This document shows positions 12,836-25,388 of a DNA stretch of 64,000 nucleotides, in pieces (within the stretch, counting starts at the first letter, position 1; the number at the start of each line of letters is the position of its first letter). Source of the stretch: Octopus vulgaris (taxonomy: Eukaryota); the NCBI GenBank assembly GCA_951406725.2, contig OX597841.1:1178001-1242000 (forward strand), in the 5' to 3' direction. The translations under genes and the position numbers were made by a program. The notes under the pieces are model-generated. The model was given only the letters and a program-made list of their open reading frames with translations, did not search any database and was not told the DNA's origin.

Positions 12836-13300
12836 GAAAGCTTAGTGATTAGGGCATTGGGCTTGCAATCTTATGGTAGTGAGTTCGATTCCTGGACTGG
12901 GCTGTGTGTTGTGTTCTTGAGCAAGACTCTTTATTTCCAGTTGCTCCAGTTCACTCAGCATTAGAAATGATTTGCTTCGTCACCAGTGCCAAGCTGTATC
13001 GGCCCCTTCGCCTTTCCCGGTGGCAGGGAGAGAGGAAGCTGGTATGTATAGGTAACTGCTGGTCTTCCATAAACAACCCTGCCCGGACTTGTGCCTCGGA
13101 AGGGAACTTTCTAGGTGAAATCCCATGGTCAGTCCTGAGTGAAGGGGGTCTTTACCCATTACTCTATGTACACGGAGAAGCGAGGCTGGTATGCATGGGC
13201 GACTGCTGGTCTTCCATAAACAACCCTGCCCACACTTGTGCCTGGGAGGGTAACTTTCTAGATGCAATCCCATGGTCATTCATCACCAAGGGGGATCTCT
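12836..13300 (+). mobile_element. tRNA/CORE-type SINE (family C) with duplicated 3' end
   Basis: B box GAGTTCGATTCC, GTGTTCTTGAGCAAGAC core; 13027-13160 repeated at 13174-13300; second copy at 50274. Confidence 0.8.
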
Positions 13301-13560
13301 AACTTTTTTTTATAATGTTGTTTATTTATGAATGAAACAGAATAAATTTTTCTTTTTTCTACAAAATAATATTGTAAAATAGGAACGTGGCTAACAGTGT
13401 CTTATACAAATTTACATCTTCTATGCCAGCAGAAAAACCATTTTCCACAAAAACATAAACAGCGAGTGGTTATTTACAAGAATGTAGAACCTCTCTCAGC
13501 TGGTAGCGTGTTTTGAATTATAAAAAAAAAATCAAGTTACAGATTTGGTGTATTTTGGGA

Positions 13561-14218
13561 TACTCTCTTTACTCGTTCACTTGTTTCAGTCATTTGACTG
13601 CGGCCATGCTGGAGCACCGCCTTTAGTCGAGCAAATCGACCCTGGAACTTATTCTTTGTAAGTGCAGTACTTATTCTATCGGTCTATTTTGCCGAACCGC
13701 TAAGTGACGGGGACATAACCATACCAGCATCGGCTGTCAAGCAATACTAGGGGGACAAAAACAGGCACGCAAACATACACACGCATTTTTTTTTTTTTAC
13801 TTGTTTCAGTCATTTGACTGCAGTCATGCTGGAGCACCGCCTTTAGTCGAGCAAATCGACCCTGGAACTTATTCTTTGTAAGCCCAGTACTTGTTCAAAT
13901 GGCAGTGCCCCAGAATGGCCACAGCTTGTGAGCTGAAACTAGACAAAAATAAAAATAAATAAAAATATTCTATCAGTCTCTTTTGCCAAACCACTAAGTT
14001 ACGGGGACATAACCACACCAGCATCGGTTGTCAAGTGATGATGGGAGGACAAACACAGACACACAAATATACACATGCATATATATATACATATATATGA
14101 CGGGCTTCTTTCAGTTTCCATCTGCCAAATCCACTCACAAGGCTTTGGTCGGTTGAGGCTATAGTTGAAGACACTTGCCCATAGATAACCAACCACATGG
14201 TTCCGGGTTCAGCCCCAC
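13561..14218 (-). mobile_element. Cluster of rearranged SINE family A fragments
   Basis: Two tandem 3' halves, a plus-strand tail at 13899-13960 and a plus-strand head piece at 14185-14218. Confidence 0.8.
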
Positions 14219-14239
14219 ATACATATATATATGTATGTA

Positions 14240-14410
14240 TAATGGGAAAGTTTATGAAAATAAACAAAAGACGAAGGCAGGTGGAGTACAAACAAACAAG
14301 TGTATTAGTATGGCGCTCAGGAATAGAAATAGAACAAGTGTTTTACGTTTCGAGCCTATGCTCTTTGACAGAAAGATACACAGAAAAAAAAACAAGGAGA
14401 GAAACAATGT
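14240..14410 (-). mobile_element. Probable Penelope-like terminal repeat (family P2)
   Basis: Reverse complement of 37097-37262; degenerate hammerhead-like motif GAGCATAGGCTCGAAACGTA. Confidence 0.6.
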
Positions 14411-14689
14411 ATATCTATAGATAGATATACATACATACACACACGGTCCATAATGTATATATGTATGTATTGTACGTATGTATGTATGACATAGGGACAG
14501 ATATAGTTGCCTTACTGTAGAAGAGATACTTGGCTATCCTGGTAGGATAAAGAAAGAGGTGGAAGATGGGAGAGAGTTAGGGAGAAAGACAGAGAGACAG
14601 TGAAAGAGAGAGAGGAATAGATGATGTTGGAGATGTATTAGAGTTCTACCCACAGCGATCAGTGGCAGGAGGGTGGGTGGAATACATCT

Positions 14690-15078
14690 GTCGGCATTTT
14701 CTCTTTTGTTTGTTATCCTTTTCCAAACCGTTCAAGCCACTGCATCATGTCTCACAGGAAGGTAATATCTGGAAGACATTTGCTCACCGTTGGCAATAAT
14801 AATATGATTGATGTCTTCAGTTCTAGTTTTGCACAACCTCCATCTGTTGTCCATTAATGTTTTCTGTCTTTCATGCTGCAGGTACTTGGTGGGAGTCCCT
14901 TGTTCTAGAACTGCATGGGGGTAGCCTCTAAAAATGGCATGTCATGAATTTGTCGACACTTCATGCCAAGTTTTGGATATTATCTATTCCCCCTGGGTCT
15001 TGTGCTTTTTTGTGCCAAGCCAAGTGCCCCTGCACTACTGTCTCAGTCAACTGGTCTGCTTTTATTTTGCTTCCCTGA
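14690..15078 (-). mobile_element. Decayed R4/Dong-type (RLE) non-LTR retrotransposon ORF fragment
   Basis: Manual translation GYPHAVLEQGTPTKYL...DNRWRLCKTRTEDINHIIIANGEQMSSRYYLPVRHDAVA*: eroded CCHC knuckle plus the RHD motif that precedes the restriction-like endonuclease. Confidence 0.75.
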
Positions 15079-15084
15079 TGAATA

Positions 15085-15115
<31 letters not shown>

Positions 15116-15256
15116 ATGTATGTATGTATGTATGTGTGTATGTGTGTATGTATGTATGCATATATGCTTGTATATATGTATATATGTACGAATGTATGTA
15201 TGTATGTATGTATGTATGATTGCATATATGTATATATGTATGTATGCACATATGCT

Positions 15257-15300
<44 letters not shown>

Positions 15301-15330
15301 TGAATGTATGTATTTGTGGATGTATTTATG

Positions 15331-15362
<32 letters not shown>

Positions 15363-15505
15363 TGTATGGATGTATGTATAAATGGATGTATGTATGGATG
15401 TATGAATGTATGCATGCATGTATGTACATGTGTATGTATGTATGTATATATGTATGTATACATGAATGTATGTATGTATGTATGTATGTATGTATGTATG
15501 TATAC
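15085..15505. repeat. (TCTG)n/(TATG)n microsatellite
   Basis: Seen directly. Confidence 0.95.
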
Positions 15506-15922
15506 ACAGACTAAAACTACGGACAAAACAAAAAAGTTTCAGCAGGTTGTCAAATAAAACAGTTGCTGATGTATTCCAGTGGTTAAAGCTGTTCTAGATT
15601 TAGTGTATAAACTGCACGAATAAAGGAATGGTTGGGGAGGTGAGGGGGGTGGGGCAAGCATGGTAGGATGTTGGGGCAGAAGAATTCTGGAATTCTCTAT
15701 GATAGCATCAATATTACCTGGCACTGCAAGAAGGAGTGCTACTGTCAGAAGGTTGTCAAAATCATTTTGGTCTCCAGGGGATAGCTGAAGACTGGGGAAG
15801 GAAATGGCCTGCAGTGCCGACCAAATATAAAAATAATGCATGTGTTGGGTCTGTGTATAAATATATGTGCCTGCCTATGTCTGTCTGTCTGTCTATCTGT
15901 CTGTATGTATGTATGTATATCT

Positions 15923-16020
<98 letters not shown>

Positions 16021-16071
16021 TATATCTGTATATATATATATATATTATATATATATCTATCTACCTATCTC

Positions 16072-16121
<50 letters not shown>

Positions 16122-16128
<7 letters not shown>

Positions 16129-17499
16129 TATAAGATAACTAAGGACAGATTTATGTTTATAAAAAAAACAGATGTATAATAACAGATAACTTTATTTATC
16201 AAAAATTTCTATGAGGTTAAAAATAAACCTTCTTTTCTATAATGTTATTCAATAAAGCCACCTTCAGCTTCAACAACTGCTTCTGTATGAGATCTAAATC
16301 ATCTACATGCTCAAATCAAGTGGTCCTGGTTCATTTTGGACATTACTCTGACTATGGCAGCTTTCAAAGAATCTTTGGTGTTATGGGCGTGTTCATTGAC
16401 CACTTTCTCAACAACGCTGCACATGTAATAGTCCAGTGTATTGAGATCTGGGGAATACGGAGGCCAAATGTTATGGTGTTATGTGATCACAAAAATTTTT
16501 AGCCATCCATTCCTGTGTTACTAGAGCCATGTGTGATAGTGTAGAGCCTTACTGAAACACATATGGCCTTCCATTGCATACACTGTCTATCCAGGGCTTA
16601 ATTATTTCCAGGACCTCAATGTAGGCAGCAGAGTTATCCCTAAGGCCTTGTGGAAAGAAGTAAGGAGGCATCATATGTCCTTCATTGCTGACAACCCCTA
16701 AAACCATGACAATTGCAGGAAATTTTGTGTGCATAATACTTGGAACTTCAGAAGGGTCTGCACATAACTGTCTGTCATTTTTTCTGTTAACTTTTTGATC
16801 TTGGTCGAAGTTTTTCTCGTTTGAGAAAAACCAAATTAAATCTTCTTCTGCTGTATTTTTCTGTTTGTTTAAGAGCCCTTTAGATCTGCTGTAGTGATTT
16901 TCTTTTGCTGTTTCTGATTAGCTGACTTTTCCTCATCATATAAGACTTATATCTGATGTCTTCATGGACAACATTTCTGACTGTTCCTTCTGACACATGG
17001 AGATCTTTTACAATTGACTTCATGGACTTTCTGGGATTGAAATCAATGGTGCATGGGACTTCTTGGATAAATTCAGGTGTTCTGATGATTTCAGAGCATT
17101 TAGAATGCTTTTTATACTGATGATATATTTCCATCTTCAGTCTCTAGCTCAGTAGTTTTCAACCAGGGTTCCGCGGAACCTTGGGGTTCCGCCAGTACAG
17201 TCCAAGGGTTCTGCAAGAAGTTACAAAACTGCTAAAATCGGCAGTAATTCTTAATTTTCCTGTGCGCATAAGACTATTAAATTATTGCACAGGGGTTCCC
17301 TGAGCCAGTGGAATGTTTCCTTGGGGTTCCACTCCAGCAAAAAGGTTGAAAAGCACTGCTCTAGCTCCTTACAAACTTTGTAGATGAAAGATCTGTCAAC
17401 TTTTAAAATCGAGATATTTCTAAATTGCTATGCTCAGCCTTTATAACCACAATAACAATAAAGCCCCTTCATTTCTTAAATAAGCTGAGGGTCTGCCAT
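16122..17499 (-). mobile_element. Decayed Tc1/mariner-superfamily DD37D (maT) transposon
   Basis: WFFSNEKNF, VMVLGVVS..G, VFQ*(D>G)S, WPPYSPDLNTLDY; 37 residues between second and third catalytic positions after fixing one 1-bp insertion; ATG 17499, stop 16245; many stops and frameshifts. Confidence 0.88.
17150..17358. mobile_element. hAT (Charlie-like) MITE, 209 bp
   Basis: TIRs CAGTAGTTTTCAACC / GGTTGAAAAGCACTG; perfect 8-bp TSD CTCTAGCT at 17142-17149 and 17359-17366. Confidence 0.93.
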
Positions 17500-17585
17500 T
17501 ATTATTTTCTGAAACAAAGATCATACAGAGTTATTCTTTTATTCTTTTACTTGTTTCAGCCATTTGACTACGTCCATGCTGGAGT

Positions 17586-18260
17586 GTGTATGTTCATATG
17601 AGTGTGTGTGTGTGTGTGTTTGTGTGTGTATGTGTTTGTGTGTGTGTATTTGTATTTACACACGTGTGTATTTGTGTGTGTGTGTGTGTGTTTGTATGTG
17701 TTTTCCTGTGTGTGTGTGTTTGTATGTGTATGTGTGTTTGTGTGTGTTTGTGTGTGTGTATTTGTATTTACACATGTGTTTATTTTGTGTGTGTGTGTAT
17801 GTATGTGTATGTGTTTTCCTGTGTGTGTGTGTGTTTGTATGTGTATGTGTGTTTGTGTGTGTTTGTGTGTATGTGTGTGTATTTACACATGTGTTTATTT
17901 GTGTGTGTGTGTGTATGTATGTGTATGTGTTTTCCTGTGTGTGTGTGTGTTTCTATGTGTATGTGTGTTTGTGTGTGTGTTTGCATGTGTTCATATGTGT
18001 GTGTGTTTGTATGTGTGTGTGTGCGTGCTTGCATGTGTTTGTATGTGTGTGTGTGTGTGTTTGTGTGTGTGTATTTGTATTTACACACGTGTTTATTTGT
18101 GTGTGTGTGTGTGTGTATGTGTTTTCCTGTGTGTGTGTGTGTTTGTATGTGTATGTGTTTTTGTGTGTGTGCTTGCATGTGTTCATATGTGTGTGTGTGC
18201 GTGTTTGTGTATGTGTGTGTGTGTGTCTGCATGTGTGTATGTCTGCATGCCTGTGTATGA
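17586..18260. repeat. TG-rich compound repeat with higher-order units
   Basis: Landmarks GTATTTACAC and TTTTCCTG each recur four times at roughly 115-205 bp spacing. Confidence 0.9.
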
Positions 18261-18478
18261 GTATAAAGTGACCGTGATTCACACAAGAGCAGCCAATGGC
18301 CGAAGAGCGACGGACGGACGGACACGTATCTCTTCTTTCTTTTTGCTTGTTTTTTTTTGTTTTTTTTTTTGTATTCCCCCTCCAAAATTCCCTATATTTT
18401 ATTTCTTAATCTATTTGTTTATTTAATTGTTCACTTTGTTTGTTTGTTTGTTTCACTTTGGAACATATCTATAAATAC

Positions 18479-18562
18479 CTACACCGTTGATGTGACAGAA
18501 TCTCTCCGACTTGCTCACAACCTGATATCTATTTATGTTGAGAGAAATATCAATATGTTTTC
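18479..18562 (-). other. Candidate 84-bp phase-1 exon
   Basis: (TTTC)n-TTTCACAG acceptor, AG|GTATTT donor, single open frame KHIDISLNINRYQVVSKSERFCHINGV; no homology recognised. Confidence 0.35.
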
Positions 18563-18568
18563 CTGTGA

Positions 18569-18604
<36 letters not shown>

Positions 18605-18736
18605 ACAGAAAAAAAAAACAAAGAAAGAAAAGGAAAAATAAATAAATAAATAAATAAATAAAAATGAAATAAAAATGAAATAAAAATGAAATAAAAATAA
18701 AAAAAAATTGGGAGGAAAAAGTCAGTCATCAATAAA

Positions 18737-18800
18737 TGCTGCTGCTGCTGCTGCTGCCACTGCTACTACTACTACTACTACTGCTACTACTTATACTACC

Positions 18801-18837
<37 letters not shown>

Positions 18838-19506
18838 TTACCACCACCACCTCCACCACTACTACTACTATTACTACCATCACCACCACCACCACCATCA
18901 CCACCAACACCACCACCACCACCACCTCTACTACTACTATTACTACCATGACCACCACCACCACCATCACCACCAACGCCACCACCACCACCACCTCTAC
19001 TACTAATGACAACCACCATCACCACCAACACCACCACCACCACCACCTACTACTACTACTATTACTACCATTACCACCACCACCACCATCACCACCAACC
19101 CACCACCACCACCACCTCTACTACTACTATTACTACCATGACCACCACCACCACCATCACCACCAACACCACCACCACCACCACCTCTACTACTACTATT
19201 ACTACCATGACCACCACCACCACTACTACTTCTACTACCACCACCACCACTACTACTACTACTATTACCACCACCACCACCACCTCCACCACTACTACTA
19301 CTATTACTACCATGACCACCACCACCACCATCACCACCAACACCACCACCACCATTACCACCACCACTACTACTACTACTACTATTACTGCCATGACCAC
19401 CACCACCACCACCACCACCACCACCACCACCACCACCACCACTACTACTACTATTACTACCATGACCACCACCACCATCACCACCACCATTACCACTATT
19501 ACCATC

Positions 19507-19538
<32 letters not shown>

Positions 19539-19661
19539 TACCACCACCACCACTACTACTACTACTATTACCACCACCACCACCACCTCCACCACTACTA
19601 CTACTATTACTACCATGACCACCACCACCATCACCACCACCATTACCACTATTACCATCAC

Positions 19662-19697
<36 letters not shown>

Positions 19698-19706
19698 CAC
19701 CACTAC
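18737..19706. repeat. (GCT)/(ACT)/(ACC) trinucleotide array with block duplications
   Basis: Seen directly. Confidence 0.96.
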
Positions 19707-19937
19707 AACCCATACATATCACAGAGAGGAGAGAAGAAGCGAGAGAAAAGAAATGAAAACAAAATGGAGAAAAAAAAAAGGGGCTTAAGTGCTCTTCCTC
19801 TCCAGTCCTTCCGCCCTCACCATTTCCCGTTTCTACCTCACCTCCCACCCCGATGCTGTCTTCCTACCTGCATCACCTTCTCCTCTCTCTCCACCCTCCA
19901 CAGCATCACCATGCTATGCAACACCACCGTGCGCTAA

Positions 19938-20733
19938 TGCCACTACCATCACCAGCAACAACAACATCAACATTACCAGTACCACCACCACTACCACCAC
20001 CTCTACTACCAACATCACCACCCCTTCCACTAACACCACCAACACCATTATCATCACCACCACCAGCACCGCCAACATTACCACCAACACCACCAACAAT
20101 ACCAACACCACTTTCACCACCACCACCACCACCATCACCACCACCAACACCGCCAACATTACCCCCAACACCACGACCACCAACACCCCCAACAACACCA
20201 ACACCAACACGACGACCACCACCATCACCACCACCACATTCACCACCACCATCTTCACCACACCTCCACCACCACCACCACCACATTCACCACCACCACC
20301 ACCACCACCACATTCACCACCACCATCTTCACCACACCACCACCACCACATTCATCACCACCACCATCACCACCACCACCACCACCACTACATTCATCAC
20401 CACCACATTCACCACCAGCACCATCACCACCACCACATTCACCACCACCACCACCACCACATTCACCACCACCACCACCACATTCACCACCACCATCTTC
20501 ACCACACCACCACCACCACATTCATCACCACCACCATCACCACCACCACCACCACCACCACCACCACCACCACCACATTCACCACCACCACCACCACCAC
20601 CACCACCACCACCACCACCACCACCACCACATTCACCACCACCACCACCACCACCACCACCACCACCACACCACCACCACCACATTCATCACCACCACCA
20701 CCACATTCACCACCACCACCACCATACCACCAC
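19938..20733. repeat. (ACC)n-rich trinucleotide array
   Basis: Seen directly. Confidence 0.95.
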
Positions 20734-21789
20734 TCTGAAACTCCTATGAAGGAACGAGCCGGCCTGAGCTGAGCCGAGCCGAGTCAAGCCATACCATAAT
20801 TAGCCTAGCATTTCTAAGTCTGTCCAAGTGTTGGGTGTGAGTGCTGGGCAATGAGTTTGGAAGGGGGCAGCATTTAATGATGGCAGGGGTGGTGTTGGCG
20901 TCAGTCTTGTTGTTGTTGTTGGTGGTGGTGGTGGGACCGGTGGTGCAGTATTGCGAGGTTTGGATGTAATTGTTACATTGATTGGTTAGCGAATGCCTTT
21001 GTTTTTTTTTGTTTTTTTCACCCTTTTTTTTTTCACCTTTTTTGTTCTCCGCACACATCTAGGTGTGTGTGTGTGTGTGTGTGTGTGAAGCAAATAAGAC
21101 GTATTCTTTCTTTTTTTTCTATTTTGCTGTGAAACCGTCTCTTAAACTCATTGCAAAAGCAAAGAACACACACACAGTAGATGTATGTGTGTTTGTGTTT
21201 GCGTGCGTGTGTGTGTAGGTGCAAAAGTGTGTATGCGTGTATGTGTGTGTGTATACATGTGTATGGGCATTATGTATGATCAATTTTTACATCTATATAT
21301 CTATCTTTATACATCTATATCTATTTCTCTATCAATCTCTCTCTCTCTTTCTCTCTCTGTCTCTCTCTCTCTATATATATATATACACATATATACACAC
21401 ATATATATATGTATAAATATATATACATACATACATACACACATATATATATATATAGAGAGAGAGAGAGACACGCATATGTATATGGATAAATATATGT
21501 GTGTGTGTGTGTATGTATGTTATCTATATGTATATACATATATCCATGCATATCTAAGTGGATGTAATGTGCTTGAATGTGTGCACACACACACACACAC
21601 GTTTATATACATACACACATGTAGATACACACATACACGCACACATGCATACATGCATATGTACTTGCATTTATGAATATATATGTATATATAGATGTAT
21701 ATATATATATATATGTATGTATATATTTATATATATATATGTATGTATATATATATATATTTATATATATGTATGTATTTATATATATA

Positions 21790-21824
<35 letters not shown>

Positions 21825-21972
21825 GATGATGATGATATATATATATATATATATATATGTTGGCCTAATACTTGTTTGGCAAGTGACTTGATATGAGATG
21901 TGAGGAGATCATGAGATCATTTGTTAAGACTAAAACAATTGCCTCATCATAGAGTCACTTAAGTCATTTAAA

Positions 21973-22015
<43 letters not shown>

Positions 22016-22334
22016 CTGCTACCTTCATGATCATTTATTTCTCAATAGTACAATGTCCTATGAATCATCAAAAAGTTCCATCACACAACACATTACGCTC
22101 TGACCTGATCGTCGCCGACACAAAGGACGTAAGGTTGTGATTGCATATTGTAATTAGTGACCAGGTCGCAGCAGTACACCGACCAGTTTCAATATTTTAT
22201 TGCGTAACAGTGCTAATAGTTACTCTGAAGAAATACACAAAAGCTGGGGCAACGTTTTTTGCGTTCTCATGAATGGCTAGAAACAACTCAGCCTCACATC
22301 CACACACCACTTTTTTGGGGGAGATCACCACTAC

Positions 22335-22582
22335 TTTATTATCTCCCCTTCTTCCTAGCTCTCCTGTGTGACCCCTCTATCCGGCATTCGCCCTGATAAA
22401 TCGCTAGCCACTGTACATTCTTTATTTTCTCTCCTTGTTTCTTTCTGTGTTCCTTTCTGTGGAAGAGCATAGGCTCGAAACATTAAAGACGTTTTCACTT
22501 CCTGAGCGTTATACTAATATATCTGTTTGTTGTCTACACCACCTGTTTTTGTCTTTTGTTTTTTTTTGTGAATTCTATCCCT
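22335..22582 (+). mobile_element. Probable Penelope-like terminal repeat (family P2)
   Basis: CTTT-CTGTGGA-A-GAGC ATAG GCTC-GAAA-CA-TT-AAAG; related to 37097 and 14240; ends in (TA)n. Confidence 0.6.
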
Positions 22583-23118
22583 ATATATATATATACACAT
22601 ACATATACATATATACATATATCATCATCATCATCGTCATTAAATGTCTGCTTTCCATGCTGGCATGGGTTGGACAGTTTGGCGACGGCTGGCTAAGCAG
22701 AAGACTGCGCCAGGCTTTGGTGTTTCTTTTGGCATGGGATTTTATGACTGGATGCCCTTCCCAACACCCACTCCATAGAGTGGGTGTTGGGAAGTGCAAT
22801 TTTACGTGGCAACAGCACACACACACACTCACACACACACACACACACACACAAACACTCACACACATGTATGTATATATATATATATATATATAATATT
22901 ATTAATAAGTTTGAAAATTGAGAGATTCAGTGGATATAAATTAATTTATTAATTAATTAACATTGCCTATAATTGTTTCACTTTGCACCCAATTTGAATT
23001 ACAAAGCATGTATGATATATGGGTAGAAGATCATGGACATTACAGAGGTTACATTTTGATCAGTTGAACTACTCCAATATATATATCTAACTCTCTGTCT
23101 GTCTGTCTCTATGTATAT

Positions 23119-23167
<49 letters not shown>

Positions 23168-23177
23168 TATATATATG

Positions 23178-23210
<33 letters not shown>

Positions 23211-23229
23211 TTATTTATTATATAGAAGG

Positions 23230-23280
23230 AGCTTCTACAGGACTAGTACTGTTTCATTCAAGAGAAATCTTCAGGAAGCT
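23230..23280 (-). ncRNA. Type I hammerhead ribozyme (inverted copy)
   Basis: Exact reverse complement of 23638-23688. Confidence 0.8.
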
Positions 23281-23419
23281 ATTTAACAAGAATTGTATTA
23301 GCATTTATACATATGTATATATATATATGTATGTATGTGTGTATGTGTAGGTATGTATAGGCACACATGTGTACGTATGTGTGTGTGTATGTATATGTGT
23401 ATATGTATGTATGTGCACA

Positions 23420-23775
23420 CATTTTATTTTTATTTTTTTATTTTTTTACTTTTTTTACTTTTTACTTTTTACTTTTTTATTTTTTTATTTTTTTATTTAT
23501 CTATTCTTTCACCTAACTTACCACTGACTCCTTGACCACTCCCCCAAGTATGATATTTTGCGCTATGCCTACCCCCAAAAAAGTCCCCCACCACCACTCC
23601 TTTAAATGTATAAATGCTAATACAATTCTTGTTAAATAGCTTCCTGAAGATTTCTCTTGAATGAAACAGTACTAGTCCTGTAGAAGCTCCTTCTATATAA
23701 TAAATTAATTTTACTCTGCTATGTATTGAGTACCTTACTTACTGTGGTTAACCCCGGATCAACCCGGGACCTACA
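23420..23775 (+). mobile_element. Penelope-like terminal repeat (family P1) with an inverted partial copy at 23213-23312
   Basis: Carries a hammerhead; homologous 3' part at 31270-31405; ends in (TA)n. Confidence 0.7.
23638..23688 (+). ncRNA. Type I hammerhead ribozyme
   Basis: Stem I AGCTTC/GAAGCT, CTGAAGA, stem II TTC/GAA, GAAA, stem III CAG/CTG with loop TACTAGTC, GTA cleavage triplet ending at 23682. Confidence 0.8.
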
Positions 23776-24189
23776 TATATACATATATATATATGTGTGT
23801 GTGTATGTATATATGGACTGAACCCGGAACCATGTGGTTGGGAAGCAAGCATCTTACCACACAGCCGCAAATTTTATACCATAACCATTTTGTCTGTCTG
23901 AAGAATTACATTTCCTTCTCTCTCTCATTATCTCACACATTCTTTTAATGAACTGTTTATAATTAGTTTAATGTAACATGTGGCATATTTCTGTGTTACG
24001 TATTACATATAATGTTTAAATTACTCTTTTAGTGGTTAAGTCCAATTCATGATTTTCGGATTACAGTCTCTGATAGTCCACACCATTAATAAAAGGGTTA
24101 TCTTTATCTGCTAGACAATAAACTATAATATCTGCTACATTAGCTCTCTACAGCTCAGTACAACATCCCATTCCATTATAATGATACAA

Positions 24190-24415
24190 AGGTGAGGAGA
24201 TGGCAGAATTGTTAGCATGTTGAGCAAAAAGTTTTGTGGTATTTCTTCCATGTTTTTTACATCCTGAGTTCGAATTCCACCTCAGGCTGACCTCTGCTTT
24301 TCATCCTTTTGGCATCGATGGAATAAGTACTGGTCAATCAAGTACTCAGGTCGATGTAGTCGACTTGCCCTCTCAGCTCGAAATCACTGGCCTTGGGCTA
24401 AAATTTGAGACTGTT
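24190..24415 (+). mobile_element. SINE family B, diverged
   Basis: Head GAGATGGCAGAATTGTTAGC, B box GAGTTCGAATTCC, core GCTTTTCATCCTTTT...AATAAGTAC. Confidence 0.75.
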
Positions 24416-24545
24416 GTTAGTGTTGTTGTTGTTGCAACAGCAATCTGGCAAAATCGTTAGCATCCTCCTCCTCCTCAACATCATCATCATCGTCATCATC
24501 ATCATCGTCGTCGTGACACTACAGACAGTTTTTTCCAGCTCTTAA

Positions 24546-24766
24546 CCCTTTAGTGTTCAGATTATTCTGTTAAACGTAATACTTCTTCACTCAAATTGTT
24601 TTCAATTAATCATGCATTATCTTACAACTTTGAGGTTTCAATGACGTAATTGTTTATTTTTAGAATGCCAATGTAGGTTAAGTGTGAAAGGCTAGATATG
24701 GCTAGTTCAAATATAAAACATGTAGAATATATTGGGCCAGATGTAGCCGGTTTAATCACTAAAGGG
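24546..24766. mobile_element. piggyBac-like TTAA MITE
   Basis: TTAA|CCCTTTAGTG ... CACTAAAGGG|TTAA. Confidence 0.85.
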
Positions 24767-24929
24767 TTAATGTTCTTTATCCAAATTCAGCAAGGTTTCT
24801 ACAGCTGGATGCCCTTCCTAATGCCAACCACTCCGAGAGTGGGTGCTTACAATATCTATTCTATCATTACAGTGCAGTATAAGACACAATGTTATCTATT
24901 ACACCAACACAATGCTGTTTAGCCGTTAA

Positions 24930-25150
24930 CCCTTTCATTACTGTATTTATTTTGGGATGCTCTGTGTTTCTTTCAATTACTTTAAATATAATAAAGAATT
25001 TAGTAAAATAACTTGGTTATCATTAAGCTAGTGTTAGGAACATAAATTGTGACTAAGGTTTGGTGGAAGATTTTAATTCAAAACTTATGAAAACAAGACA
25101 TTTGTACTACAGAGCCAGAGGTGGTTTCAACCAGGTTGGTATCAAAAGGG
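24930..25150. mobile_element. piggyBac-like TTAA MITE, second family
   Basis: TTAA|CCCTTT ... AAAGGG|TTAA; body repeated at 25182. Confidence 0.85.
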
Positions 25151-25181
25151 TTAAGAATTGTTTCTCTATTATATATTTTAA

Positions 25182-25388
25182 CCCTCTCGTTACCATATTT
25201 CTGTTGAGATACTCTGTGTTTCTTCCAATTACTTTAAATATAATAAAGAATTTAGTAAAATAACTTGGTTATCATTAAGCTAGTGTTAGGAACATAAATT
25301 GTGACTAAGGTTTGGTGGAAGATTTTAATTCAAAACTTAGGAAAACAAGACATTTGAGCTGGTTTCAGCCAGGTTGGTATTGAAAGGG
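25182..25388. mobile_element. piggyBac-like TTAA MITE, second family, adjacent copy
   Basis: TTAA|CCCTCT ... AAAGGG|TTTA; central ~150 bp near-identical to the 24930 copy. Confidence 0.8.

Noticed and set aside
18708-20772. Long Thr/His/Pro-rich ORFs suggesting mucin or extensin
   Set aside because: ACC/ACT repeats are open in several frames on both strands; no signal peptide or splice structure.
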